Part shown: one piece after another, positions 13,114-28,195 of the stretch
Numbering within the stretch: the first letter of the stretch is position 1
Layout of the letters: each line of letters opens with the position of its first letter
Assembly (NCBI GenBank): GCA_963697085.1
Contig: CAVOMR010000002.1
Coordinates: 464,442-528,441 of the forward strand
Origin: Candidatus Dormiibacterota bacterium
Lineage (GTDB): Bacteria; Chloroflexota; Dormibacteria; Aeolococcales; Aeolococcaceae
DNA length: 64,000 bases
Direction: 5' to 3'
Made by a program: the position numbers and the translations under genes
Notes under the pieces: generated by a model
What the model was told of the DNA's origin: nothing
Databases searched by the model: none
The model's input: only the letters and a program-made list of their open reading frames with translations

Positions 13114-16100
13114 ATGGTGCTTTCTCTTTCCACTACTGGCGCCCGCAAGTCGTACGGCCAGATTGCAGACAAGCTCGAGGTCGGAAACCTTATCCAGACC
13201 CAGCTTGAACTCGTTCGAGTGGTTCAAGAAAGAGGGACTGAAGGAGCTCTTCAGCGAGCTCAACCCGATCACGGATTACACCGGCAAGAACTACGAGCTG
13301 CGCTTTCTCGATTACGAGTTCGGCGAGCCCAAATACGACGAGGAGGACTGCCGCCAGCGCGACATGACCTTCTCGGCGCCGCTGCGCGTCAACACCCGGC
13401 TGCACATCAAGACTGGCGAGAACGCCGGCGAGATCAAGGAAGCCGAGGTCTTCATGGGCGACTTCGCGATGATGACCGGCGCCGGAACGTTCGTCGTGAA
13501 CGGCACCGAGCGGGTGGTCGTGTCGCAGCTCGTGCGCTCGCCCGGCGTGTACTTCACGAGCAGTGAGGACCGGACGACCGGGCGGCTGCTCTTCGCCGCC
13601 AAGCTCATCCCCAACCGCGGGGCCTGGCTCGAGGTCGAGACGTCGAGCAAGGACATCCTCACGGTCAAGATCGACCGCAAGCGCAAGGTGCCGGTCACCA
13701 CGCTGGTCCGCGCGATCGGCTATGCGAGCAACGACGACATCCGCGCCTTCTTCGCTGACGTCGACGACGACCCCGAGCACCAGTACATCAACGCGACGCT
13801 CGAGAAGGACAGCAGCACGAGCGTCGAGGAGGCGCTCGTCGAGCTCTACCGCAAGATCCGGCCGGGCGATCCGCCAACCGTCGACAACGCGCGCACCTTG
13901 CTGAACTCGCTGTTCTTCAACGCCCGCCGCTTCGACCTCTCCAAGGTGGGCCGGTTCAAGCTCGACAAGAACCTCGGCATCAGCGAGGAAGAGGCACGCG
14001 AGCGCGCCTGGGACAAGGACCGCCGCGTCCTCGACAACCAGGACTTCGTCTCGATCATCCGCAAGGTCATCCAGCTCAACAACGGCCACGGTGAGGCGGA
14101 CGACATCGACCACCTCGGCAACCGTCGCGTGCGCGCCGTCGGCGAGCTCCTGCAGAACCAGTTCCGCATGGGCCTGATCCGCATGGAGCGGATCATCAAG
14201 GAGCGCATGACCATCAGCAACTCGGGGACGATCACGTCCGCGAGCCTGATCAATGCGCGTCCGGTGGTCGCGGCGATCAAGGAGTTCTTCGGGTCCAGCC
14301 AGCTCTCGCAGTTCATGGACCAGACCAACCCGCTCGCGGAGCTGACTCACAAGCGCCGCCTCTCGGCCCTTGGTCCAGGCGGGTTGTCCCGCGAGCGCGC
14401 AGGGTTCGACGTGCGCGACGTGCACCAGAGCCATTACGGCCGGATCTGCCCGATCGAGACCCCGGAAGGTCCGAACATCGGGCTCATCGGCTCGCTCGCG
14501 ACGTTCGCGCGTGTCAACGAGTTCGGCTTCATCGAGACCCCGTTCCGTCGCGTCATCAAGGAGGCGAACGGCACGCCCTGGGTCAGCGACGAGATCGTGT
14601 TCCTGTCCGCCGATGAGGAGGACAAGTACACCGTCGCGCAGGCCAACGCGCCCGTCGACGACAAGGGTCACTTCGCGGTGCAGCACGTCGCGTGCCGCAC
14701 GCGTCACACGTTCAAGGATCTGCCGATCATCGACGTCGATTTCATGGACGTCTCACCGAAGCAGATCGTCAGCGTGGCGACGGCACTCATCCCGTTCCTC
14801 GAGCACGACGACGCGAACCGCGCGCTGATGGGCTCGAACATGCAGAAGCAGGCGGTCCCGCTGCTCGTGGCCGAGTCGCCGATCGTCGGCACCGGAATGG
14901 AGGGACACGCCGCGCGAAACTCGGGCGAGATGGTGCTGGCACGCAAGGCCGGCACGGTGGTCGGCGTCGGCTGGCCGGAGCCCGCGGACAACGACCGCTC
15001 GGTCGAGAAGATCCTCAGCGGGCAGGACAGCGGCATCGGCATCCTGGTGCGTCCCGACGACGGTGGGCCCGACCAGTGGTACGGCGTGCACAAGTTCGTG
15101 CGCAGCAACCAGGGCACCTGCCTCTCGCAGCGCATGACCGTGTTCAGCGGCGCCCGCGTCAACGCCGGCGACGTCCTCGCTGACGGCCCGTCGACCGACG
15201 ACGGCGAGCTCGCGCTCGGACGCAACCTGCTCGTGGCATTCATGCCCTGGGAGGGCTACAACTTCGAGGACGCGATCCTCATCAGCGAGTCGGTCGTGCG
15301 TGAGGACAAGTTCACCTCGATCCACATCGAGGAGTTCGAGATCGAGGCGCGCGACACCAAGCTCGGCGCCGAGGAGATCACGCGCGACCTCCCCAACATC
15401 AATGAGGAGTCGCTGAAGAACCTCAACGAGCGCGGCATCATCTATGTCGGCGCGGAGGTCAACCCGGGCGACATCCTGGTCGGCAAGATCACCCCCAAGG
15501 GCGAGTCGGAGCTGTCGGCGGAAGAGCGTCTGCTGCGCGCCATCTTCGGTGAGAAGGCGCGCGAGGTCCGCGACTCATCGCTGCGCGTCCCGCACGGAGA
15601 GCGCGGCATCGTCGTCGACGTCAAGGTGTTCAGCCGCGAGAGCAATCACGAGCTCCCGCCGGGCGTCAACGAGCTGGTCCGCGTCTACGTTGCCCAGAAG
15701 CGAAAGATCGCCCAGGGCGACAAGATGGCCGGACGTCACGGCAACAAGGGCGTTGTCGCTCGAATCATGCCGATCGAGGACATGCCGTACCTGCCGGACG
15801 GCACCCCCGTCGAGATCGTGCTCAACCCGCTGGGTGTGCCGAGCCGCATGAACCTCGGCCAGGTGCTCGAAACGCATCTCGGATACGCCGCGCATGCGCT
15901 CGGCCTCAAGGTCGCGTCGCCGGTCTTCGACGGCGCGTCGGAAGAGCTCATCGAAAGTGAGCTCGCGCGAGCCGGGCTCCCCAGCAGCGGCAAGGAGCGT
16001 CTCCGCGATGGACGCACCGGCGAGTACTTCGACCGCGAGGTCACCGTCGGCTACATCTACATGCTCAAGCTCCATCACCTCGTCGAGGACAAGATCCACG

Positions 16101-16501
16101 CGCGCAGCACGGGTCCCTACTCGCTCGTCACCCAGCAGCCGCTCGGTGGCAAGGCGCAGTTCGGTGGACAGCGTTTCGGCGAGATGGAGGTGTGGGCGCT
16201 CGAAGCCTACGGCGCGAGCCACATCCTGCAGGAGATCCTCACCGTCAAGAGCGACGACATCGTCGGCCGCGTCAAGGCGTACGAGGCGATCGTCAAGGGC
16301 GAGAACACGCTCGAGGCCGGCATCCCGGAGTCGTTCCGGGTGCTCGTCAAGGAGCTCGAGGGCCTCGCGCTCGGCGTGGAGATCCAGTCCGACGACGAGC
16401 ACCAGATCCTCCTCGGTGAGGAGGACATCCCCGACATTCCACTCGATCTCGGGATCCACCTCGAGCGCGACGAGCGCGACGACGTGGACGACATTCGATA
16501 G
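13114..16501 (+). CDS. rpoB: DNA-directed RNA polymerase subunit beta (apparent frameshift near 13205)
   Basis: True N-terminus [31 protein letters not shown] (track ORF 13114..13566, frame 1) continues as [26 protein letters not shown]... in the 1147-aa ORF 13058..16501 (frame 2); remainder is a canonical beta subunit ([13 protein letters not shown]). Confidence 0.9.
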
Positions 16502-16525
16502 CAGCAATCGGTAGTTAGGAATCAC

Positions 16526-20892
<4,367 letters not shown>

Positions 20893-20996
20893 GCGAGCAC
20901 GCGGAGCGCAAACAGCACTCACGATCCGGTGACGGCGTCATGGCTGTTACCGGATCGTGAACTGTTGCGTCGCAACCCCGGGATAGGCTTTGCCCG

Positions 20997-21323
20997 ATGC
21001 TCCTTCTCCTCGCAGCGGCTGCGCACGCCTCGAAGTCCTCAGGCTCGATTCCCGGAGACGTCTACCTCGCAGCGACCGGCGCGCTGGTCTGCTGGGTTGT
21101 GGTCTACCTCGTCTACAAGGTCGTCATGACCGGACGCAAGGACTTCGGGATGCCGGTGAAGCGCAGGCTGCTCTGCAAGCGTCTTCGCGTCGACCACGAC
21201 CAGAGCGCCGAGGTCCCCATCTGGTGGACCGACCTCCAGGTCCAGCGAGCCGTCAAGGCGCACTGGCGGCACACCCTGCGGCTCCCGTTCGGTTCAGCGC
21301 CCGAGCCGAGGCCCCAGTTGTAG
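20997..21323 (+). CDS. Hypothetical small membrane protein
   Basis: 108-aa ORF with one hydrophobic segment (GALVCWVVVYLVYKVVM); no recognisable family. Confidence 0.3.
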   Translation: MLLLLAAAAHASKSSGSIPGDVYLAATGALVCWVVVYLVYKVVMTGRKDFGMPVKRRLLCKRLRVDHDQSAEVPIWWTDLQVQRAVKAHWRHTLRLPFGSAPEPRPQL

Positions 21324-21437
21324 CGTTCCCGCACAGTCATGTGACGGGCAGGGCCATTTCGGGAGCATCGGCGACCATATCCGGGTCACGCGACCGATCG
21401 CATAGTCGGGAGCGGTGACGGCGGAGGAACCCCCCAC

Positions 21438-22544
21438 TTGGCTCGAGTCCTGGTCGTGGAAGATGACGTGCTGACGCGGCGCTTCATCCAGCAGACCCTT
21501 GAATCCGCGGGGCACGACGTGATCACCGCGACCAACGGGGTGGCGGCGGTGGTCACCGTCGATGCGCCAGGCTGCTTCGATGCGGTGATCACCGACTTCG
21601 CGATCCCGCATGTCAACGGTGTCGACCTCGTCGCGCATGCGCAGCGCGTCGATCCGATGATCGTGTGCATCGTCGTCACCGCATTTCGCGACCTCGACCT
21701 CGCCATGCAGGCGATGCAGGCCGGGGCGGTGGCCTTCATTCCCAAGCCGTTCAAGTCGTCGCACCTGCTCACCGTGCTCAACGGCGCGCTGCAGCGCCGC
21801 GAGCTCGCCGACGAGGCGCTGCGGCTGCGCTTTCTCGCACCCATGCTCGAGCGCTTCACGATGGTGCTCGCCAACGCCCTCGAGTCAAAGGACTACGAGA
21901 CCCAGGAGCACTCGACGCGGCTCGTCGGCATGTCGGACGCGATCGCCCGGCACATCGGGCTCGATGACGGCGAGCGCAGCGTGGTCAGGTTCGGCGCGTG
22001 CCTCCACGACATCGGCAAGGTCGCGATCCCGGAGGCTTTGCTGCGCAAGCCGTCAGCGCTGACACTCGAGGAGCGCGACATCGTGCGAACGCATCCCGAG
22101 GTCGGCGCGAGCATCCTCGCGGACATCGACACCTGGGAGGACGTGCGCCTCATCGTCCGCCACCATCACGAGCATTTCAACGGCGCCGGGTATCCGGACG
22201 GCCTCCACGGGGGACGCATCCCGATCGGCGCCCGCATCGTGTCCGTGGTCGACGCCTTCGACGTGATGCGGACGGGCCGCCCCTATCAGTCGGCGCGCTC
22301 GATCGACTGGGCGCTCGCGGAGCTGCACCGCGAGAGTGGGCGCCAGTTCGACCCCGAGCTGGTCCGTGCGCTGATCGCCGTCCTCCCGACCGACGGGAGC
22401 TCGATCGAGCCGGCTCCGCTCGATCTCGACCTGCTGCCGGATCGCCGGGCGGCCGTCGGACGCAGACAGACGGACGTCGCGATCGCGGCATGGCTGCGCG
22501 GTGAGCCGGGGTCGATGGTCCGGATGCCGCTGACCCGCAACTGA
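21438..22544 (+). CDS. Response regulator, receiver domain fused to HD-GYP phosphohydrolase domain (RpfG-like, putative c-di-GMP phosphodiesterase)
   Basis: MARVLVVEDDVLTRRFIQQTLESAGHDVITATNG...DFAIPHVNGVDLV (REC) then ...HSTRLVGMSDAIA...CLHDIGKVAIP...HHEHFNGAGYPDGL (HD and GYP motifs). Confidence 0.85.
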   Translation: MARVLVVEDDVLTRRFIQQTLESAGHDVITATNGVAAVVTVDAPGCFDAVITDFAIPHVNGVDLVAHAQRVDPMIVCIVVTAFRDLDLAMQAMQAGAVAFIPKPFKSSHLLTVLNGALQRRELADEALRLRFLAPMLERFTMVLANALESKDYETQEHSTRLVGMSDAIARHIGLDDGERSVVRFGACLHDIGKVAIPEALLRKPSALTLEERDIVRTHPEVGASILADIDTWEDVRLIVRHHHEHFNGAGYPDGLHGGRIPIGARIVSVVDAFDVMRTGRPYQSARSIDWALAELHRESGRQFDPELVRALIAVLPTDGSSIEPAPLDLDLLPDRRAAVGRRQTDVAIAAWLRGEPGSMVRMPLTRN

Positions 22545-22552
22545 GACGAGGT

Positions 22553-23254
22553 TCAGCCGGCGAGCGGGCTGAGCGCCGTCAGCGCTCCCAGGTCCCCGGC
22601 CAGGAGGGCGTCGGCGAGATCCGCGACACCCTTGCCGTTGGGCCTCGTGAGCACCACGTCGGCCCGGACCTTCAGGACGTCGACGGCGTTGGCGACGGCG
22701 ACCGAGACACCGGCGATGGCGAACAGCGCCACGTCATTCTCTCCGTCGCCGACGGCGACCGTGGCAGACGGGAGCTCGCCGATCGCGCGGAGCGCCACCT
22801 CGAGCCCGGTCCGTTTGCTGATCCCCGGAGGCAGGACCATCGCGGAATTGCGGTTGCGGACCACCTGGCGGTCGATCCCGAGCTTGGCGATCGCGGCGAG
22901 GAGCTTGGGCTGCTGGCTGACGGCCGTCGAGCAGAGCACGCGCCCGATGATCAGCGGGTCGACGCCCTGCCGGCGCAGCTCGTCGACGAGCGATCGCGGC
23001 AGGCGTGGCGCGAGCAACGTCTCCTCTCCCCCGGCCGTCTCGATCACCACTGCCCCGTTCTCGACGATCATCGCCGCGAACAGGTTCCCGGGGTCGAAGA
23101 CCTCGTAGAGCTCCTCGCGGGTCCTGCCCGTGACCAGGATCAGGCGGATCCCCGAGTGCGAGATCCGCTCCAGGGACTGGACCACGGACTGCGAGACGAC
23201 GCCGTCGGTGGCGAGCGTCCCGTCGTAGTCGCAAGCCAGAACCCGGTGACGCAT
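22553..23254 (-). CDS. HAD-superfamily hydrolase (Cof/HAD-IIB-like phosphatase)
   Basis: MRHRVLACDYDGTLATDG (motif I DxDGTL)...LILVTGRTREEL...VAVGDGENDVALFAIAGVSVAVANA (motif IV); start chosen at MRHRV inside track ORF 22553..23341. Confidence 0.8.
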   Translation of the reverse strand: MRHRVLACDYDGTLATDGVVSQSVVQSLERISHSGIRLILVTGRTREELYEVFDPGNLFAAMIVENGAVVIETAGGEETLLAPRLPRSLVDELRRQGVDPLIIGRVLCSTAVSQQPKLLAAIAKLGIDRQVVRNRNSAMVLPPGISKRTGLEVALRAIGELPSATVAVGDGENDVALFAIAGVSVAVANAVDVLKVRADVVLTRPNGKGVADLADALLAGDLGALTALSPLAG

Positions 23255-23337
23255 CGCCTCCATTGTCCCGGGCACGTACCGGATGGGGCTCCCCGGCTCA
23301 GCGACCGCCCGTCTCACCGGTCGCGCGACAACCGCTT

Positions 23338-24429
23338 TCAAAGGTCGAACGTCGCCCGGACCTCGGTCCCCTTGCCGATCTGGGAGCGGATCTCGAGCTT
23401 GCCCTGGTCCCCGTCGGCGCGCTCGCGCATCGTGAGCAGCCCGAAGTGACGGGTGCGATCAACTGTCGCCTCGGTCGCCTCGACGTCCATGCCGACGCCG
23501 TCATCCCGGATCACCGCGCTGATCTGAGTCGGCAGGAAGGTCACCACAACCTCAACATTGCTCGCCTTTGCGTGTTTGCGCGCGTTGTTGAGGGACTCCT
23601 GGATGATCCGGAAAAGGGTCTGCTCGAGCCCGCCGCCGATGCGGATCTCCTCGCCGACGACGCGGAGGTGGGCATTGATCTTGTTCTGCTCGCCGAACTC
23701 GGCGACGAACTTCCGCAACGTGGGCACGAGGCCGAGATCGTCGAGGGTCATGGGGCGAAGGTCGAAGATCAGCCGCCGGGTGTCGTCGAGGACCGCGCGA
23801 ACGCCGTTCTTGAAGTCGGCGAGCTCGCTCACGACCATCTGCGGGTCCCTGGCGATGAGCCGCTCGATGATCTCGGCCTGGAGCACGAGGTTCGCCATCG
23901 ACTGCGCCGGCCCGTCGTGCATGTCGCGAGCGATGCGCATCCGCTCTTCCTCGATGATCTGGAACACCTGCCGCGATGCGTCGCGCAGACGGGCGGTCCC
24001 GTTCGAGGGCCCCGCGCTCGAGGCGCTCAGGTCGTCGAGGCTCCGGTAGACGGCGCGGAGCACCTCCTGCTCGGCGCGGATGCTCGTCAGACGCGTCCCC
24101 AGCTCCACCTGGCGTTCCTCGGTCGCGGCGAGGTCGGCGCGCACCTTCGCAAGGGCCCGGAATGCGCCGTCGATCTCGTCAACGTCGCCGGCCGGGAGCA
24201 CGCTCAGCAGCGCTCCCCAGCGGGCTTCAGCCGCACTCTGCTCGGTGCGAAGCTCCTGCAGGCGCGTGGCCACCGCGGCAAGCTCATCGTCGAGCGCGCT
24301 CGCGGAGGAGTCGAGCTCTTCGATGCGCTTGGTCACCAGGAATCGCACGCCGGACAGGGCCGACGGGTTCATGGTGGGGACAGCTTCGACTTCGCTCACC
24401 AGCTTCATCATGTCACCGCAGAGTCGCAC
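23338..24429 (-). CDS. Sensor histidine kinase, DegS/NarX-type (HisKA_3 + HATPase_c), soluble with coiled-coil N-terminus
   Basis: ...EERMRIARDMHDGPAQSMANLVLQAEII (H-box of HisKA_3)...LFRIIQESLNNARKHAKASNVEVVV...IRDDGVGMD...GLLTMRERADGDQGKLEIRSQIGKGTEVRATF; no TM segments seen. Confidence 0.85.
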   Translation of the reverse strand: MRLCGDMMKLVSEVEAVPTMNPSALSGVRFLVTKRIEELDSSASALDDELAAVATRLQELRTEQSAAEARWGALLSVLPAGDVDEIDGAFRALAKVRADLAATEERQVELGTRLTSIRAEQEVLRAVYRSLDDLSASSAGPSNGTARLRDASRQVFQIIEEERMRIARDMHDGPAQSMANLVLQAEIIERLIARDPQMVVSELADFKNGVRAVLDDTRRLIFDLRPMTLDDLGLVPTLRKFVAEFGEQNKINAHLRVVGEEIRIGGGLEQTLFRIIQESLNNARKHAKASNVEVVVTFLPTQISAVIRDDGVGMDVEATEATVDRTRHFGLLTMRERADGDQGKLEIRSQIGKGTEVRATFDL

Positions 24430-24484
24430 CCTGCCGTCAGTTCACAAATGGCTGTGACAGGCCTGTTGCACGACGAGCCGCCAG

Positions 24485-24982
24485 TTGCGGCCAGCGTATA
24501 ACCAGATCGAAGTTGAATCGCCTCACCAGGAATCGGACACGCATATGACACACGGCGAACCCCCTCGGATTCTCATCGCGGAGGATGACGACTCTCTGCG
24601 ACGACTCCTCGAGCTGCGCCTCGCCGCAGATGGGTTCGACGTCCGGTGTGCCGAGGACGGCATGGAGGCTCTCGAGATCGTCATCAAGGGCTGGCTGCCC
24701 GACGCAGTCGTCTGCGACGTGATGATGCCGCGATTGAGCGGACTGTCGGTGTGCCGCGAGCTGCGCGCGCAGACGAAGACGGCCGACACACCGATCATCC
24801 TGCTCACGGCGCGGTGCTTCGACGAAGACATTCAAGCGGTAATGGGTCTCGGCGGGATCACATACATGGGCAAGCCCTTCGAGTTTGCGCATCTGCTCAA
24901 GATGCTCTGGTCGTCGGTCGGGCTCGAACAACCGGGTGATGCGAACGCAGCCCGCGTGATCTCGGGAGCATCACAGATCTGA
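24485..24982 (+). CDS. Standalone response-regulator receiver domain protein (CheY-like)
   Basis: PRILIAEDDDSLRRLLELRLAADGFDVRCAEDGMEALEI...PDAVVCDVMMPRLSGLSVCRELR...PIILLTAR...GKPFEF; real start probably MTHGEPPRIL (about 24545). Confidence 0.8.
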   Translation: MRPAYNQIEVESPHQESDTHMTHGEPPRILIAEDDDSLRRLLELRLAADGFDVRCAEDGMEALEIVIKGWLPDAVVCDVMMPRLSGLSVCRELRAQTKTADTPIILLTARCFDEDIQAVMGLGGITYMGKPFEFAHLLKMLWSSVGLEQPGDANAARVISGASQI

Positions 24983-25004
24983 CAGCAGGCGGCGGGCACA
25001 TCGT

Positions 25005-26654
25005 ATGAGCAGCGTGGCGGCGGCGGTCGACGAGCGACCACGGGGATTTCGCGAGCGTCTTGATTCGCTCACTGCACCGAGCGGGCTCTTCCTCGCAGCG
25101 GTGCTGATCATCGTCGCGCTGCCGGTCACGCGCACCATTCAGGACCCTGACTTCTGGTGGCATCTTCGCGCCGGTCAGCTGATCATCCAGCACGGTGGAC
25201 TGCTCGGCAACGACCCGTTCACCTACACGGTCGCGAACCATCACTGGACGATGCACGAGTGGCTGAACGAAGTGCTGTTCGCGATCGAGTACGCCGTCGG
25301 CGGACTCGGCTTGATCGTGCTCATCCTCTCCGCGATCACGTGGCTCGGTGTCATGGCGGTGATGCAGAAGGCACGCATGCGGAACCCGGGACGGGGCGTG
25401 CTCGGATTCGGCATCCTCATCGCGGTGGTCGCGGGCTACCCGATCTGGGGACCACGGGTGCAGATGTTCACGTTCGCCTTCGTGGCACTCACGCTCTGGC
25501 TCGTCGAGCGCCACCTGGTCCGCGGGGGAAAGGCCATATGGGTGCTCGTTCCGTTGTTCGTGTTCTGGAGCAACGTGCACGGCGAGTTCGCCGTCGGGCT
25601 CGCGTTCATCGCGCTGATCCTGGTCGCCGAGCTGGTCGGTGGATGGCTCCACATGCCCGAGCAGGCGCCGCGCGAGCGACTGCGCCCACTGCTCTACCTG
25701 TTGATCGCCTGCACGCTCGTCAGCATGATCAACCTCAACGGGCCGTCGATCCTGTTCTACGCGATCGGAACGCAGGCGTCTGCCGCGCAGCAGTCGTTGA
25801 TCGAGGAATGGTTCTCGCCGAGCTTCCATGACTGGGAAGTGGTCGCGTACGGGGTGATGCTGCTCGTGCTCGCGATGCTGGTCGTGTCCAACCGCCGCAT
25901 CCGCGCCCGCGACGCCGCCCTGGTGCTCGCCACCACGGCGCTGTCCCTGCAGTCCGCGCGCCACATCGCGCTGTTCGTCGCGGCGTCGACGCCGGTGTTC
26001 ATCGATCAGCTTTCGATGGCGATGCCGCGCATCCGCGCGGCGGTGCGTCGCGCGCGTCGCGGACGCGACCGAGCACGCGTCCGCACCCAACCGCCGCTGT
26101 TCTTCCGGGCGGTGGCGTCGGGAATCGTGCTCGTCCTGCTCGGCGGTGTGGCACTGGCATGGCTGATTCCGAAGATGCAGGTGCAGGCGTACTCACTCGT
26201 GTACGCACAGGAGTTCCCGGTGTGCGCCGCCCAGTGGTTGAAGGGCGCGCCGGAGCCACTCAAGATCTTCAACCAGTACGGCGAGGGCGGCTACCTCTCC
26301 TACGAGCTGTCCTCGCGCGGCGACAAGGTCTACATCTTCGGCGACGCGGCCCTGATGGGCGACGCGCTCCTCCTCCAGTACGCGAAGGTCGAGACCGCCG
26401 AGCCGCAGTGGGACTCCATCATCCGCAACGCCGGAACCGACATCGTCCTCTACGACGTCAACACGCCCCTCGCCGACGTGATGGAGCACAGCGCGGGCTG
26501 GGTGAAGGTCTACCAGGACAAGCTCAGCGTCGCCTTCGTCCCGACGGACAAGCTCGCGTCCCTGCACCTGCCGCCGCAGCCGGCGTCCTACCCGGCGAAC
26601 AGCGTCTGCGGCGAGCTCGCGAAGCAGCCCGCGGGCGCAGGGTCGAGCTCGTGA
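25005..26654 (+). CDS. Polytopic integral membrane protein (GT-C-like putative glycosyltransferase/unknown function), paralog 1
   Basis: 549 aa, about 10-12 hydrophobic helices; N-terminal loop motif DPDFWWHLRAGQLI; C-terminal soluble domain about 150 aa. Confidence 0.6.
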   Translation: MSSVAAAVDERPRGFRERLDSLTAPSGLFLAAVLIIVALPVTRTIQDPDFWWHLRAGQLIIQHGGLLGNDPFTYTVANHHWTMHEWLNEVLFAIEYAVGGLGLIVLILSAITWLGVMAVMQKARMRNPGRGVLGFGILIAVVAGYPIWGPRVQMFTFAFVALTLWLVERHLVRGGKAIWVLVPLFVFWSNVHGEFAVGLAFIALILVAELVGGWLHMPEQAPRERLRPLLYLLIACTLVSMINLNGPSILFYAIGTQASAAQQSLIEEWFSPSFHDWEVVAYGVMLLVLAMLVVSNRRIRARDAALVLATTALSLQSARHIALFVAASTPVFIDQLSMAMPRIRAAVRRARRGRDRARVRTQPPLFFRAVASGIVLVLLGGVALAWLIPKMQVQAYSLVYAQEFPVCAAQWLKGAPEPLKIFNQYGEGGYLSYELSSRGDKVYIFGDAALMGDALLLQYAKVETAEPQWDSIIRNAGTDIVLYDVNTPLADVMEHSAGWVKVYQDKLSVAFVPTDKLASLHLPPQPASYPANSVCGELAKQPAGAGSSS

Positions 26655-28195
26655 CGCCGACGGAACTCGTCGTGATCGACGCCGAGCGCGAGCGCCGCGC
26701 GACCCAGGCGGGCCGGCTCGCGTGGATCGGCGCCGCGGCCATCGTCGTCCTGGTGCTCGCCGTGCAGCCCTTCCGGGACACGGACGTCTGGTGGAACCTC
26801 GCGCTCGGACGGCTGATCACCACGAGCGGCATCCCTGCCCACGAGCCGTTCAGCTTCCTCTCCGCCGCGCACGCCTGGATCGGCCAGCAGTGGCTGTACG
26901 AGGTCACGCTCGCGGGACTGGTCGGAGCGGGCGGCGCCGGTCTGGCCTCGCTGGTGATGGGCCTGGTCGCCACCGCCGCCGTGGTGATTGCCGCACTCTC
27001 GGTCCCCACCGCCGCACGCGTCACCGGGCCCTGGCTGGCCCTGGCGATGGTCATCACCGGGGTCGTCCTCACCGCGGTGGTCGGCGTCAGCAGCACGGAG
27101 ATCACCGTGCTCGGCGTTGCGATCGTCCTCTTCGTCCTCTGCCGGTGGCGCGAGGGCCGCACCGCCGCTGTCTGGAGCCTGCCCCCGCTCTTCCTCCTCT
27201 GGGCCAACATGGACACCGGTTTCGCCGCGGGGCTCCTCATCCTCGTTGCGGGGCTGCTGCTGATCAAGCCCGCAGCCGGCGGCAGCCGCCGCCAGCTCGC
27301 GATCGCAGTCGCAGTCAGCGCGGTTGCGGCGCTTGCCAACCCGCTCGGCCTCGGGATCTACGCCTCGGTGATCGCCGGCGTGATCAGCCCCGGCGCCGCG
27401 CAGAACCTCACAGGCTGGGCCTCGCCGAATTTCCATGAGTGGTCGGATCGCATCTTCGAAGCCGAGATCGTGCTCGTGATCATCCTCTGGACGGTCTCCG
27501 GAGGCCCCGACCGCTTCAGCGCGATCGCCGGCTTCTCGCTCCTGATCGCGACTCTGTTCGCGCAGGAGAACCTCGGGATCCTCGCCATCTTCCTGGCGCC
27601 GGAGCTGGCGGTCCATGCGTCGCGCGCCTGGAGGCACCACGTCGCGCCGCGGATCGCGACCCACCGGTGGAGCACGCGCCGGCACCTGCATCCGATCGCG
27701 ACGAGCGCCGTCCTCGTGGCGATGACCGCCGCGATGGCTGTGGTGCTCATCCCGCAGCTGACCCCATCGGCCGCGGCCTCATATCAGGCAAGCACGTATC
27801 CCGAGGCTGCGGCGAGCTACGTCGCCGCCCATTTCCCGGGACAGCGGATCTACACGGTCGACACCTGGGGCGGGTACCTCGCCTACCGGTTTCCCGATTC
27901 GCGGGTCGTGTTCCTCTACGACGAGCCCGCGGTGTTCAGCACCAGCGCGCTGCAGCAGTACCTCGCGATCGATCAGCTGCAGCCCAACTGGGTCCATGTG
28001 CTGACGACCGAGCACATCGAGCACGCGATCCTTCCTTCTGACGCGCGCGAGGCGTCGGCCATGCATGTGCTCGGCTGGACGATCGACTGCTACGACCCGG
28101 CCAGCAGCAGCATGGTGATGTCGGCGCCGCCTCCCGGGACTCCGGCGTCGACGGCGGGACTCACCATCCCGCCGCCCGGCGTTCCCGACTGCTGA
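26651..28195 (+). CDS. Polytopic integral membrane protein, paralog 2 of the upstream gene
   Basis: VTPTELVVIDAERERRATQAGRLAWIGAAAIVVLVLAVQPFRDTDVWWNLALGRLITTSG... shares the D(P/T)D(F/V)WW(H/N)L motif and overall topology with 25005..26654; GTG start overlaps the upstream stop (GTGA); the R-rich N-terminus of track ORF 26159..28195 is spurious. Confidence 0.6.
   Translation: MTPTELVVIDAERERRATQAGRLAWIGAAAIVVLVLAVQPFRDTDVWWNLALGRLITTSGIPAHEPFSFLSAAHAWIGQQWLYEVTLAGLVGAGGAGLASLVMGLVATAAVVIAALSVPTAARVTGPWLALAMVITGVVLTAVVGVSSTEITVLGVAIVLFVLCRWREGRTAAVWSLPPLFLLWANMDTGFAAGLLILVAGLLLIKPAAGGSRRQLAIAVAVSAVAALANPLGLGIYASVIAGVISPGAAQNLTGWASPNFHEWSDRIFEAEIVLVIILWTVSGGPDRFSAIAGFSLLIATLFAQENLGILAIFLAPELAVHASRAWRHHVAPRIATHRWSTRRHLHPIATSAVLVAMTAAMAVVLIPQLTPSAAASYQASTYPEAAASYVAAHFPGQRIYTVDTWGGYLAYRFPDSRVVFLYDEPAVFSTSALQQYLAIDQLQPNWVHVLTTEHIEHAILPSDAREASAMHVLGWTIDCYDPASSSMVMSAPPPGTPASTAGLTIPPPGVPDC

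Noticed and set aside
13190-14707. 505-aa minus-strand ORF
   Set aside because: Antisense to rpoB. Asp/Arg/Val-rich composition of antisense GC-rich coding DNA.
26159-26650. N-terminal Arg-rich 160 aa of track ORF 26159..28195
   Set aside because: Overlaps the C-terminus of the upstream membrane protein in another frame. Paralog alignment indicates the real start is the GTG at about 26651.
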